Shown piece after piece: positions 9,542 through 20,301 of a DNA stretch of 64,000 nucleotides. This DNA is from a virus. Within the stretch, counting starts at the first letter, position 1, and every line of letters begins with the position of its first letter. Where the stretch lies: the IMG/VR virus record IMGVR_UViG_3300032093_000021, positions 64,001 through 128,000 of that record, one strand, 5' to 3'. A program made the position numbers and the translations under genes. The notes under the pieces are model-generated. The model was not told the DNA's origin, ran no database searches, and worked only from the letters and a program-made list of their open reading frames with translations.

Positions 9542-11237
9542 CAATCAATGGATTTCCAATTGCATTTATGTCTTGCTTGACTGTCCCTTCAGGTCTCAAT
9601 CTAAAAATTATTTTTGAGGTTGGGTAATGTGTTCCGTTTATGAATGGATAATTTAATCCCAATCCTTTTTCATCAACGTAACCATAAGTATATATGTCTC
9701 TCCAAATTAATCTATCTGTGGATTGAATGTAAAAAGCATAATCGGGAGCCCCTTCCACTTCATCAATCAAAGCTTCCTCCAAATAATCTGAATATACTCT
9801 TATAGGTATTGAATTGTGTGGTTTATAATAATACCCATCAGGGTTTGTTGTATTCAGATTATTTAATGTAAAATAATCATTGTTGAAATATAGTTTGTGA
9901 AAAAAATCGGAGAGTAAATACTCATTTTGTTCCAACTGATTAAATTCACAAAAACCACCACTTATTACATCGTTCAATCCTAAATCTCTATTATAATAAA
10001 ATGTTCTACCATTTGAAACATAATTACCAAGTTGAATATTGGTAAGATTGACTTGATTGTTCGCATTGGACCAATATGGTGATACTGTATTTGTAATATT
10101 AAACTCATATCCTTCTCTTAACCCTACGTTATTGAATATTGGTTTATTAAACCAACCAAAATAACCTCGGTTTATAATTGTGACGAACACCTCTGTAATT
10201 GGTCTTTTCAGATTATCTCTCAGAGGTGCAATATCAATATCTCTTTTGAAAGTTAGATTATACGATTGATTACCATGTCTTTGCGTAATTCTTGCGGATC
10301 CCGGAGGGGTTATTTTATCAAACTGAAATCTATTTTTTACCCCAAAACCATTTTGTTCAAATCCCGATTTAACCAAAACCGCGTCATCCGCTTTAGTTAA
10401 AATTCTATGTTTTCTAACATAATATATTGATTTTGAATCACCTGAATTGTTTATGTCAACAATCCTTTTTAAAGTTCCAACACCTCCGTTCGGTAATGCA
10501 GAATTTAAGGTAGATTGTGTTAAATTGATAATAAATTTATCAGAATTAAATCCGTTGTTTCCTAATGAATAAACCTCCTCAAGATATATATTACCATTGT
10601 AATTTATTTCAACATATTGTCCAGGTTGGAAATTATGAGGGACAGGACAAACTAACGAAATCAAATCTTGACCATTGAAATCAAATGGTTTATTAATTTG
10701 AAAAGGGATCCCTTCTGACGCTACCCATGTTTTACTCACATTAGAAGATGGATAATATAATAATCTTTTATTGAAATCGTTCTCAAAAGGATAACTTAAA
10801 TAGAAGTTCCAATTATAAAAAGATGATTCTTCATTTATAAAATTAAGATGCACATTTGGATTTTGTGTGTATCCAACAACATTATTATCCGTTCTCATCA
10901 AATCAAATTCTTTATATTGTGGATATCCTGACCAAATTTGAGTGACAAATGAATCATCAGGATTCAAGTAATACAATTGATCTGTGAATTTAGAATATGG
11001 TGAGGTCCCAATATATGAATTAAAAAATAAAAAATCTATATTAGCCGTAAATCTAAAAATAGAACTGCTTTGCCTTTCCTCGTCAAACACATCAACCAAA
11101 CTTAATACCACACTTCTGTCATACTCCTCCATTTCCTTTTCGGTGTTTGACAATGGTAAATTAAGGTTAATATCTGTATTAATAGATGACTTAAATCTTT
11201 CTTTACCTAAAACTATTCTAGTATCAATTCTATTCAT
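9528..11237 (-). CDS. Hypothetical baseplate/structural protein
   Basis: 569 aa Asn/aromatic-rich ORF, translationally coupled within the structural operon. Confidence 0.55.
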   Translation of the reverse strand: MNRIDTRIVLGKERFKSSINTDINLNLPLSNTEKEMEEYDRSVVLSLVDVFDEERQSSSIFRFTANIDFLFFNSYIGTSPYSKFTDQLYYLNPDDSFVTQIWSGYPQYKEFDLMRTDNNVVGYTQNPNVHLNFINEESSFYNWNFYLSYPFENDFNKRLLYYPSSNVSKTWVASEGIPFQINKPFDFNGQDLISLVCPVPHNFQPGQYVEINYNGNIYLEEVYSLGNNGFNSDKFIINLTQSTLNSALPNGGVGTLKRIVDINNSGDSKSIYYVRKHRILTKADDAVLVKSGFEQNGFGVKNRFQFDKITPPGSARITQRHGNQSYNLTFKRDIDIAPLRDNLKRPITEVFVTIINRGYFGWFNKPIFNNVGLREGYEFNITNTVSPYWSNANNQVNLTNIQLGNYVSNGRTFYYNRDLGLNDVISGGFCEFNQLEQNEYLLSDFFHKLYFNNDYFTLNNLNTTNPDGYYYKPHNSIPIRVYSDYLEEALIDEVEGAPDYAFYIQSTDRLIWRDIYTYGYVDEKGLGLNYPFINGTHYPTSKIIFRLRPEGTVKQDINAIGNPLIDECE

Positions 11238-14200
11238 CGGCTAATAATATTTCTATGTATTTTTGTCTAAATTTATTTAACGCCGTCCTATTTTTATTTA
11301 ATCCAAAATAGAAATACCATGGAGCACCACCAATGAACGGATTTGGCGTATTTTGGTTCAAACTATAAATAGCATCTTGTATCAGAATAGATCCGTTAGT
11401 CCAATTATTAGGTGTTGTTGCACTTGCAACAAATGAAACACCATCTTCATTTACTCCTCCAACATTTGTAAAATCATCAGGTGATTTATAGTCAAGCATC
11501 GTATAATTTTGACCAACTATTAAAGTTCCGCTAGTCAACGTTGTTGGTGGTTGTTGATAATTGAAAAGATATCCTCTATAGTCCCAATCACTGAATGTAT
11601 TACCTCTTGGATATGGACTATTTTCTCTGTCTAAACTTTGATACCCTTCTTGGTATATGTCTAGCATAGTTGTTGCCCAGTTATTAAATTGTGTCCCAAA
11701 TAAATTCCCACCATCAATATTCCATCTATAATGTGGAACTATTTGCGTCTTTTTAGGTAAGTCATTATATACAAAAGTTCCTGATGGTAATGGTGTTGGT
11801 CTGAATCTTATGATTCTCATTGGTGATACGTAATCTCTTAATTGAATATCTTCGTTTGTTGAATCAAAATAAATTCCAATCACCGCACCCCCACCTATAG
11901 CACCTCCAGCAATCACAGCATCAGGATTAGGATTATCTGTTCTATAAAAACTAGAATCAAAAGGAACAATTCCAAATTGAGAATTTACTGCCGCCGCTTG
12001 AGCAAAGTCCCCATCTACCTTTTTACCAGGTCTAGAAAATAAAGTTGTTAATGTATTTGCACCCCCGAACAACCCTTGGAATGTTGTTGGTTGTGTCATT
12101 CGTGATGCAGAAAATAAAATAATAACATCTTCAATATCGTTATAACTTGATGGTTGTAATTGATCCATTATATATCCATAATATCTATCATTTAAAATTA
12201 CCTCTTTCAAAAAGGAATCCCTTGGGCCTAAGTTAATTATTGTTGTAGGATACTTTAGATTTCTTTGGTTAGCCCCAAATTGAGTTTGTTTTTGTGATAC
12301 AGGTGGAGATCCTATAAATTTATACTCATTCGTGATAGGGTCAAGCGCCGCAGGTGAAGACCTATAGTAAAAATTATTACTTTCATTTTGTAATACCAAA
12401 AGTTGTCTAGGAAAAACTCTTTTACTTACTTGATTAAATTTATTATAGAATGTATTAACTTTGAAAGGAAACGCATAGAGATTTCCATTTACCCAATTAT
12501 TTATAAAAGTATTTGCAAGTACCCCTTGGCATAATCCATAATAAAATCTAAATCTATAGTTCCACTCCAAAATCTGATTAATATCTCCATCTTTTCCAAA
12601 TAAACCTATTAAAGGTTTTGTAACAATCCAATAACAACCATTTCTGACTTTATCTTCCTTACAATTTTGTTGGACTGTCATTGAGTTTCCCTGACTTTGA
12701 TAACAACTTAAATCTCTCATACCAGTACAACTGAAACTATCTAAAATAGTTGATTCATACCCTTTATTATCGCTTGAAAATTCAGGATCAAAGTCATTAT
12801 TATATTGAGGTGAACTTGGTTGATTATTTGCGGCTGTTGGGTCATCCCCCGGGATGACATAAAAATCATCCCATGATGCATGTTGTAAAACACCTCCATC
12901 TGGTAGTTTAGGCAATCTGTCAGCTCTCATTACTATATTCTGAGAATTATTCATACTTGTTTGAAATGTAGAATAAGTAGGTCTTATTAAATTCCTACCA
13001 TCACCATTTCTGAATTCATAGGTTGATCCATGTATTGATTCGTTCAGATCATATTTTGCATCTCTTCTTTCCAAGTTAGTAACGACCGTACTACCTAATG
13101 AATCTTGATCAGTTTGTAAAACAAGACCCATGTTTACAGAAGTAAGATTTGATCTGTTTCCTGCATATATTTTCAATATAATTCTATCTGTTGGGTTCAT
13201 TGGAACCGCATTATTAATATAAACCGGAAGTCTATCCCTTTGACTACTGGGTGGTAGAAACAAAGTATCAAAGTTATTACTTATAAGAGTTTCAGTTACC
13301 CCATCCCACTTAAATACCCTTAAAATAAAGTATATACCATTTAGATAAACAGATGACATTCTTACATAAAAATTCCACCATCCTTGTGGTATTAAATTCA
13401 CATTAGGTACTCCAACAGGTGTTACAAAATTCATAATATTAACGAATCTCACTAAATCTCCAGTACCCCATGATGATGGATTGGTACCTGTAGCTATAAA
13501 TGTAGTACCTTCGTTATTATTTGGTGCACCTACATTTGTAAAATTAGCACCACCGGAATTGTCGCGAATTCTGTAAATATTACCAATAGTCAAAGCTCCA
13601 CCACTTTGTGTGTCGGGTAAATTTGTTGTGACAACATTATTCCCAATCGCCCTTTGTGTTGAAGTTTCTTTGTATGTTGGTATTGTACCATTAACTAAAC
13701 TATTCAAGAAAAAAACTTTTCCGTCGGCAATTTGATCCGCCAAATCAAAGAACAAAGGATTCCCTTCATTGGCTCTTAAATCGCTAACACCATTAAAGTT
13801 TCCAAATTGTGTGTTGTTATTTATGTTTAAGTTTATTCCATCAACATTACCTGAAGGTGGTGGTCCCAAACTTGAATATTGTGAGGTGAGATTTGATATA
13901 TATGGTATAAAATTACCTGGCTTGAAAACATATGATGGGTAAAATAATTTTAAACCTTGTGAGCTTGTGTTATTATCAGTAATTTCATTGTGATTTGCCA
14001 TTACCATATTACCTGAACTCGTAGTATTTTGTATAGGAATATTTAATCTTAATTTATTTGTAATTTTTATTTGATCATGGTTATCAAACCCAAATAATCT
14101 ACCTAACTCAATAGTCGTATCAATTTTTTCGGAATACACATCAACACCTCTTTGCGCTATAACAACATAAGAATCTAAATTTAACAACTTGCTGAATTCC

Positions 14201-16785
14201 CCGTAAGTAAATCTTGGATTCACCGCAAGTCCATCTTCATAGATATAAAGTTTACCATTGAAAATTTCAGCTAATGAACCAGCTCTTGCCTCAGGTTTTG
14301 ATAAGTTAATAAATTGTGATATTGTCATAGATGTTAGAACTTGATAATATTCCACATCCGATGGTAAACCATATAAACGAATATCTCCTGCCCAATTTAA
14401 TGAAATAGTTTGAGTAATGTTATTGATTCTATTAGCGGGATCGGCATGTTTTATTGTTATTGAAGGTGAAAAGGTTGTTACCCCTGTTGTCCCATTTGTT
14501 CCCCAAAGATTTGGTAATGTATGACCACTGATGTTAGGGTCAGCACTTGTTGTTGGGTCAACGAATGTCATAAGACTGGCTCCGGATGTACTACCTGTAA
14601 AAGCAGAACCAAATGACGATATAAAAACAATAATGTTATCATATATTTCCGGATTATTCCCATATTTTAACTTGATTTGATTATTTCCACCCTGATCATC
14701 ATAAAAATTTGATTTAACATTGAACGCGTTTATTCTTGCGGCAAAACTCAAATCTTTGGTAGACAATAATCCGGATTTAAATTCATTTCCATATAGTATC
14801 GGAATTATGTTATCAACATCGTTACTTGTTAAATTAGGAAAATAATCTTTTACGTTATTTGAATTTATATCTACAAATGGATTTTCATCTGTTGGACTAT
14901 TTGAATTGAATCCAGTCATCCCCGGATCATATGTTTCAACATTAAATGGTGGTAATTTAGCCTGTGGTGTTGTTCCTGAACCATCCTCATTACCTGGGTC
15001 TTTACAATCACAAATGTCACAATCAGGATAACTTAACATGGGTAATGATAACGGCCCCATAGGGGGATCTTGGTCACAGTTAATTTTTGCCAACATTCTC
15101 CTAAATGGGTACCCCCCCAATATTTTCCAATTTTTCAACGCACACAAAAAACCTAAAATAATTCTAAAAATTAAATTAACAATAAAGGCTAAATAACTAT
15201 ATACAATAACAAAAGGAATTATAATGGTTGTAAGGATTACCAATAAAATATTGAATATTCTCCATATCAAGCTCGTATAAAAAAACGCATCATTGACGGG
15301 GTATTTATTTGTGGTATCTTCGCAAGTATCTTCATCTATTCTTTTTATACCAATAAATCTTTGTTTATTCCTTCTCCTTTTTTCTTGGTCCATAAACTGT
15401 GCAACCGAATAAACTTTATTATATTCAAATTCATAAAAATAATCGTCACAATTTATTATACTCAAAATATCAGGATTTGTTACTGAGACATTTCCGGTAG
15501 TATACGCACTCCAATCTAATCCAAAGGCATAAGATGATTGAGCTTCTTGAAATGCGCTTTGACCCAAATTACCAGTCAACGGATCAACGTTTTGTTGATT
15601 TATATCCCAACCCCTTTCTTTTACATTCGGAACTAAAAAGTATCCCCTTTTGAAATCCTCATTTATATTTTTTGATTGTTGCCACTTAATTTTGAACCTA
15701 TATTTAGCCTTGGTAGGGACCCCAATTTTCGGATTATCTGACAATATTTGTTCACCGAATTCATTAGTAGTAACATAGTCCGCATTCATTGGTAAATCAA
15801 ATAACCAAACTCCATCTTCATCAATTACTTTCCCCCCATTAGGAAGTTCCGCTTGTTCAAGAATTGGTAAACCATTTTCATCTTCAAAAATTGTTTGGGT
15901 GATGGCAATTATTTCTCCCGGACCCGCAATCATTGAACATAAATTTCCTGTTGTCTTTTTGGCGACACCATTAGCCTTTAACCCTGTTCTTTCTGTGGAA
16001 CTCATTAGGGAACCCATAAAAACCGCAGTTGGTTCCAATTTGATATTTGCTTCAGCGGTTAAATCAAAATCAGTCCTTGTAATTCCAATTTGGCAGGTAT
16101 CGGGTTCACCCCAAAAAGGTAATATATCAATATTTTTATTTATCACCACAATTTGTGGTAGTTCACTGAAATTTGTTGATGCTCTGAATCTTGGACCGTC
16201 AAACTGCTCCTCCGTTGCTAACCCAATTCTAATCAAATCTTGTGGTGAAAGAGAAAAAGATCCTATATCAGATAAATCAATATTTAATACAATTGTTTGA
16301 TTTCCCAATGGAACACCGAAAATCATGTAGTCACCGCTTTCATTTGTTGTGACAGTATACTTATAATACTTATTATAAATTTCAATAGCAGTTTCGTCAA
16401 TTACAGAATCTAATCTTGACGGAAAAGTTCCAGTTGGAACATGACCGGGATAAGATGGTAAATATGGTAAGAGATTATACTTGAATCCATCTTCGTTTTG
16501 TTGATCCAAATCTTTATATGGATAAATTGAAGATATGATTGGATTCAAACTATCTTCATCGGATACAGGAATGAAAACAGATACCTTTGCATTTGGTATA
16601 CCATACCCTTGATTGGCAAAAACTCTTCCCGCTAATACTCCATAATCCGAACACATTCTTTCATAAACGTCCTGTTGTCTAATCTTTAATGAAAGTATTT
16701 CTAATTGTTCAAAATCCTGATCAACTTGTAAAACAATATTCTTATCATCACCCGGAGTGGTTCTTATTCTGTAGGACTTACCCAT
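11230..16785 (-). CDS. Large tail/baseplate protein with an N-terminal carboxypeptidase-regulatory-like beta-sandwich, a hydrophobic segment and a duplicated fibre module
   Basis: GVLAGRV...GIPNAKVSV...TTNESGDYMIFGVPLG beta-sandwich pattern; 1851 aa; lies directly downstream of gp6. Confidence 0.55.
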   Translation of the reverse strand: MGKSYRIRTTPGDDKNIVLQVDQDFEQLEILSLKIRQQDVYERMCSDYGVLAGRVFANQGYGIPNAKVSVFIPVSDEDSLNPIISSIYPYKDLDQQNEDGFKYNLLPYLPSYPGHVPTGTFPSRLDSVIDETAIEIYNKYYKYTVTTNESGDYMIFGVPLGNQTIVLNIDLSDIGSFSLSPQDLIRIGLATEEQFDGPRFRASTNFSELPQIVVINKNIDILPFWGEPDTCQIGITRTDFDLTAEANIKLEPTAVFMGSLMSSTERTGLKANGVAKKTTGNLCSMIAGPGEIIAITQTIFEDENGLPILEQAELPNGGKVIDEDGVWLFDLPMNADYVTTNEFGEQILSDNPKIGVPTKAKYRFKIKWQQSKNINEDFKRGYFLVPNVKERGWDINQQNVDPLTGNLGQSAFQEAQSSYAFGLDWSAYTTGNVSVTNPDILSIINCDDYFYEFEYNKVYSVAQFMDQEKRRRNKQRFIGIKRIDEDTCEDTTNKYPVNDAFFYTSLIWRIFNILLVILTTIIIPFVIVYSYLAFIVNLIFRIILGFLCALKNWKILGGYPFRRMLAKINCDQDPPMGPLSLPMLSYPDCDICDCKDPGNEDGSGTTPQAKLPPFNVETYDPGMTGFNSNSPTDENPFVDINSNNVKDYFPNLTSNDVDNIIPILYGNEFKSGLLSTKDLSFAARINAFNVKSNFYDDQGGNNQIKLKYGNNPEIYDNIIVFISSFGSAFTGSTSGASLMTFVDPTTSADPNISGHTLPNLWGTNGTTGVTTFSPSITIKHADPANRINNITQTISLNWAGDIRLYGLPSDVEYYQVLTSMTISQFINLSKPEARAGSLAEIFNGKLYIYEDGLAVNPRFTYGEFSKLLNLDSYVVIAQRGVDVYSEKIDTTIELGRLFGFDNHDQIKITNKLRLNIPIQNTTSSGNMVMANHNEITDNNTSSQGLKLFYPSYVFKPGNFIPYISNLTSQYSSLGPPPSGNVDGINLNINNNTQFGNFNGVSDLRANEGNPLFFDLADQIADGKVFFLNSLVNGTIPTYKETSTQRAIGNNVVTTNLPDTQSGGALTIGNIYRIRDNSGGANFTNVGAPNNNEGTTFIATGTNPSSWGTGDLVRFVNIMNFVTPVGVPNVNLIPQGWWNFYVRMSSVYLNGIYFILRVFKWDGVTETLISNNFDTLFLPPSSQRDRLPVYINNAVPMNPTDRIILKIYAGNRSNLTSVNMGLVLQTDQDSLGSTVVTNLERRDAKYDLNESIHGSTYEFRNGDGRNLIRPTYSTFQTSMNNSQNIVMRADRLPKLPDGGVLQHASWDDFYVIPGDDPTAANNQPSSPQYNNDFDPEFSSDNKGYESTILDSFSCTGMRDLSCYQSQGNSMTVQQNCKEDKVRNGCYWIVTKPLIGLFGKDGDINQILEWNYRFRFYYGLCQGVLANTFINNWVNGNLYAFPFKVNTFYNKFNQVSKRVFPRQLLVLQNESNNFYYRSSPAALDPITNEYKFIGSPPVSQKQTQFGANQRNLKYPTTIINLGPRDSFLKEVILNDRYYGYIMDQLQPSSYNDIEDVIILFSASRMTQPTTFQGLFGGANTLTTLFSRPGKKVDGDFAQAAAVNSQFGIVPFDSSFYRTDNPNPDAVIAGGAIGGGAVIGIYFDSTNEDIQLRDYVSPMRIIRFRPTPLPSGTFVYNDLPKKTQIVPHYRWNIDGGNLFGTQFNNWATTMLDIYQEGYQSLDRENSPYPRGNTFSDWDYRGYLFNYQQPPTTLTSGTLIVGQNYTMLDYKSPDDFTNVGGVNEDGVSFVASATTPNNWTNGSILIQDAIYSLNQNTPNPFIGGAPWYFYFGLNKNRTALNKFRQKYIEILLADE

Positions 16786-16873
16786 TAAAATCTTTTAATT
16801 TATAAATAGTTATAGCATCATTTTTTAATGATGTCACATTAAAACATAATTGATAATGAGAATAAATAAATTA

Positions 16874-18715
16874 TTAAGAAATGGATACCGATTGGAAATT
16901 TTTAACCCTAATTCTTATATCTTTATTAGGAAATCTAATCTGATAAATTTGATTTGGAAGTGCAAAAATTGTACCATCAACTGGTTTGATCTCTCTCGTT
17001 TCTTTATTCAAATATTCCATAGATGTTTCAGATGAAGAATATTGTCCCCCCACATTGTTGAAAACTTGAATTGATGTAATTGATATAACACCATTTTCAT
17101 CTTGTATCAATCTATTTACATCTGAAAGATTTATATTTTGTCCTAACTGACGATCTAATGGATTAAAATAAGTAGTGATCTTATTGATTATTGAAGTTAT
17201 AACCGACCCTTGATTTTGTGTTGAATCTAAAACAACAGATATATCAAATGAAAGATCTATAACTTCGGCAGTTTCTACAGATATATAATCATTTAACATT
17301 CTGTAATTAGAAAGGTATTCAGCAATATTTGATACCAATGTGTTAGATACAATTTGAGTCAATGCACCTGATGTGTCGTAACTCAATATTTTGACTCTGA
17401 CTTTATTTTCCTCTTCAACTATTGCAACTTTAGCCGGCGCTCCAAATTGAGAAGGCATTTTTCTGATTATTGCTTCATAATCATTAATAGTTACTGCCCT
17501 ATTCTGAGCTGAAAAATTAAAAGACACGAAGTTTCTTACTTCTTCTAAAGTTGGAAGTCCCGCACCACCAATTGCCGCGGTAACGTTGTTACAAGATAAT
17601 GAATTAATGACAGAGGTGTTAATCTGTTCTGAAGGTCCTGTAACTGCAAAGTTGATAGTTCCAATCTGATTTATAACATTCACACCTAAATTAGTTGCCA
17701 AACCTCCACCTACTCTATATTGAATAAATAAAGTTGTATTTGGTGTTAATGTACTTCCCAACGAAAAATTATTCAAATATGACTGAATTGGTTGAGTATT
17801 GATGCCGGTTCTAGCAAATTCTCTCAATTGATCCTCGGCTGATGTGTTACCACCTCCAAAAGTCATTTTAAGAAATCCTTCAGGTGTAAACTCCGTAATA
17901 AATCTATTACTTGTGGAAATATATTTACCTACCTTTATTCCCGCATCATCACTTGGTTTTGTATTATCAGCAATAAAAACTTTATCTTGAGCTAACGCAT
18001 CAACCTCATACCATTTTCCTTGATTTGATAAAAATTCAGAATCAGTCGGAACGTTGGCATAGTTAGTTCCATCTTTTTGTATTACTGCAGTTACACCTAA
18101 AACGTTTTTTTCAGGAAGAAATATTTCAAAAAACGGTCTAACTTCTGTTGGTGTTATTGATTGTCTAAAGACTTTTGTGATACCATTTACCACAACTTCC
18201 CTTTTAACAATAGTATAATTAACCAAAATATTGTTAGCATTAAAATTCGGGATTTTCAATCTATTGGGAAACCCTTGAGCGTTATATGGTGATGCGAAAT
18301 CAATATCATTTACCGTTTCAAATACTTGTCCCGCCCCTTGAACTTGACTACCTCTTCTTATTATTCCTTCATATCTTTCATCATCTTTGTCACCAAACAC
18401 AGGAACTGTTATTGAGAAATCAACTAAAGCAACTGATGGTCTTTGACCTGGAAGTTTTAACCCATATGTTCTTGCGATGTTGAAAATAGAAGATTTTTGT
18501 TGAGCGTATTGTAGAACTGTTTCCTGAATACTTCTATCAATATGGAAATGCAAATTATCTGTAATCGCAGCATTTAGGTCTAAAAAGACAGAAAAAACTC
18601 CAGCGTCATTGAAATTATCAATAAGATCCGGATAGTATGTTCTAGCGAAATTTATTAATTCAGTTCTTATCCCCTGAAAATCTCTTGTTGTATATGATAT
18701 CCTTTTTTCTGCCAT
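16874..18715 (-). CDS. Baseplate wedge subunit, T4 gp6-like
   Basis: RDFQGIRTELINF...DFNDA; YRVGGG..TNL; SAQNRAVTINDYE is a gp6/baseplate-J signature. Start corrected to MAEKRISY at 18715. Confidence 0.85.
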   Translation of the reverse strand: MAEKRISYTTRDFQGIRTELINFARTYYPDLIDNFNDAGVFSVFLDLNAAITDNLHFHIDRSIQETVLQYAQQKSSIFNIARTYGLKLPGQRPSVALVDFSITVPVFGDKDDERYEGIIRRGSQVQGAGQVFETVNDIDFASPYNAQGFPNRLKIPNFNANNILVNYTIVKREVVVNGITKVFRQSITPTEVRPFFEIFLPEKNVLGVTAVIQKDGTNYANVPTDSEFLSNQGKWYEVDALAQDKVFIADNTKPSDDAGIKVGKYISTSNRFITEFTPEGFLKMTFGGGNTSAEDQLREFARTGINTQPIQSYLNNFSLGSTLTPNTTLFIQYRVGGGLATNLGVNVINQIGTINFAVTGPSEQINTSVINSLSCNNVTAAIGGAGLPTLEEVRNFVSFNFSAQNRAVTINDYEAIIRKMPSQFGAPAKVAIVEEENKVRVKILSYDTSGALTQIVSNTLVSNIAEYLSNYRMLNDYISVETAEVIDLSFDISVVLDSTQNQGSVITSIINKITTYFNPLDRQLGQNINLSDVNRLIQDENGVISITSIQVFNNVGGQYSSSETSMEYLNKETREIKPVDGTIFALPNQIYQIRFPNKDIRIRVKNFQSVSIS

Positions 18716-18719
18716 AATA

Positions 18720-19181
18720 TTAAATATTAAGAACAACGAAATCTTTACTGCCAAAAACACCGTCCGTTACAACATACTCTATTCTAACCTTAGCAGTATA
18801 TTCACTTTGATTCAAATTCGGCATTGAAAATTCCCTGTTTGTTGCATCTCCTTCAGTGGTAACAACAAATGTTTCTTCCTCACTTGAAGCCGCTGTTATT
18901 TTTACATCAGTTATTTTTAAGTTTGGAATAAATTTTTCACACGCATCCCTAATATCCGCCTCTATATTATTAAAAGTAGGATTATCTAAAGGATCAAATA
19001 TAAATTCATATAACTTTGTACCGAAGTCAGGTAAAAAATATCTTGAACCTTTCCTTGTTAATAACAAATGAATGAGATCAGATCTGATTTCATCATCACT
19101 TGTATCAGTTAGTTTTAGATATTTTCCTACCTGTGAATCATTGAAAGGAAATGCAACCCCAAATGTTTTACCATCCGCCAT
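18720..19181 (-). CDS. Baseplate wedge subunit gp25-like
   Basis: IRSDLIHLLLTRKGSRYFLPDFGTKLYEFIFDP is the gp25/GPW signature. Confidence 0.9.
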   Translation of the reverse strand: MADGKTFGVAFPFNDSQVGKYLKLTDTSDDEIRSDLIHLLLTRKGSRYFLPDFGTKLYEFIFDPLDNPTFNNIEADIRDACEKFIPNLKITDVKITAASSEEETFVVTTEGDATNREFSMPNLNQSEYTAKVRIEYVVTDGVFGSKDFVVLNI

Positions 19182-19199
19182 ACTGATAAATATTCACTT

Positions 19200-19601
19200 C
19201 TATTTTTTTGATGAAGTTTTCCTAAATTTTATTAACATAGACATTGCTTTAAATTCTCCGGCCGCTCTCTCAATAGATGGAATTGTATCCGGATCTCCTC
19301 TTAACGCAAATTGTTTTTCCACCATTGATGATTCCATAAGAGCATTATACAATATATCAATTTCTTCCTTCGGTAAATAACCCAGTAAATTTGTATGTAA
19401 ATCTTGAGATAACCTTTGCATTATAACACAATTATCGTGGGGGTATTCATCTCTTGATAGTTTCTCAGCTGTATCATTTAATACATTGGATATATCATTC
19501 AAAATGCTTGATATCTTTTCAATACTTTCTTTTTCTACTTCGTCCCTTTGTCTTACGAAGTCAATAACATTCTTACAAATATCAATTATTTCTGAGATCA
19601 T
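19200..19601 (-). CDS. Hypothetical alpha-helical protein
   Basis: 133 aa ORF with no recognised motif. Confidence 0.5.
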   Translation of the reverse strand: MISEIIDICKNVIDFVRQRDEVEKESIEKISSILNDISNVLNDTAEKLSRDEYPHDNCVIMQRLSQDLHTNLLGYLPKEEIDILYNALMESSMVEKQFALRGDPDTIPSIERAAGEFKAMSMLIKFRKTSSKK

Positions 19602-19779
19602 CTCTTACGTTTGTATTACCTTTTATTCCCACCGGTTCAAAAGGACAATGTAGACAAGTTTTTCCGCAACAATGTCCCCTCTGAAGATGGTATTCTTCAG
19701 TAAATACTAACAAACCTTTTTCATTTATGTAGTATAAAGATTGATCTAACTTAATCTTCTTTTTTAATTCTTCTTTCAT
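19582..19779 (-). CDS. Small Cys-rich protein, DUF5522-like
   Basis: YYINEKGLLVFTEEYHLQRGHCCGKTCLHCPF matches the family pattern. Confidence 0.75.
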   Translation of the reverse strand: MKEELKKKIKLDQSLYYINEKGLLVFTEEYHLQRGHCCGKTCLHCPFEPVGIKGNTNVRDDLRNN

Positions 19780-20266
19780 TTTGAATTTTTTTTAAGATTG
19801 GTGATAATTGAATAAATTCTTCGTATGTAAACCTATCTGATTTTAATCTATTACATTCCCAACAACACGTTACTACATTATCTTTGGTGTAATTTAAGTT
19901 GTTATCTTTTCTATCTAATTGATGCGCTCTACTATTCGTTTTACCCCAAACTCTAGAATACTCTTCATAAATGAGCGGTTCACCACAATAATGACATTCT
20001 TTAATTTTAATTATTTCTAAAAACTCTTCAAAAGTTAACTCAACTAATTTATTTTCTTTTTTATGTAACTTTAGTTCATTATATATGTATTTGTATGGTT
20101 CTTTCAATTGAGTACATCTCATACATTTCCCCGAATGTCTTTTAAGTGAAGATGACTGTATAGTTAATTCTTTTTTACATCCCACACATTCAAAAATGTA
20201 ATTATAATATCTATTTTTTCCTTTTACAATTTTTTCTTTTCTTAACGCATTTTCTTTTAATAACAT
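19751..20266 (-). CDS. Free-standing HNH endonuclease
   Basis: CHYCG...HQLDRKDNNLNYTKDNVVTCCWECNRLKS, plus N-terminal CxxC pairs. The likely start is MLLKENA at 20266, after a TATTTATA motif. Confidence 0.85.
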   Translation of the reverse strand: MLLKENALRKEKIVKGKNRYYNYIFECVGCKKELTIQSSSLKRHSGKCMRCTQLKEPYKYIYNELKLHKKENKLVELTFEEFLEIIKIKECHYCGEPLIYEEYSRVWGKTNSRAHQLDRKDNNLNYTKDNVVTCCWECNRLKSDRFTYEEFIQLSPILKKIQNERRIKKED

Positions 20267-20301
20267 TATAGGTGTTTTATTATAAATATCACCAATAATA
20301 G

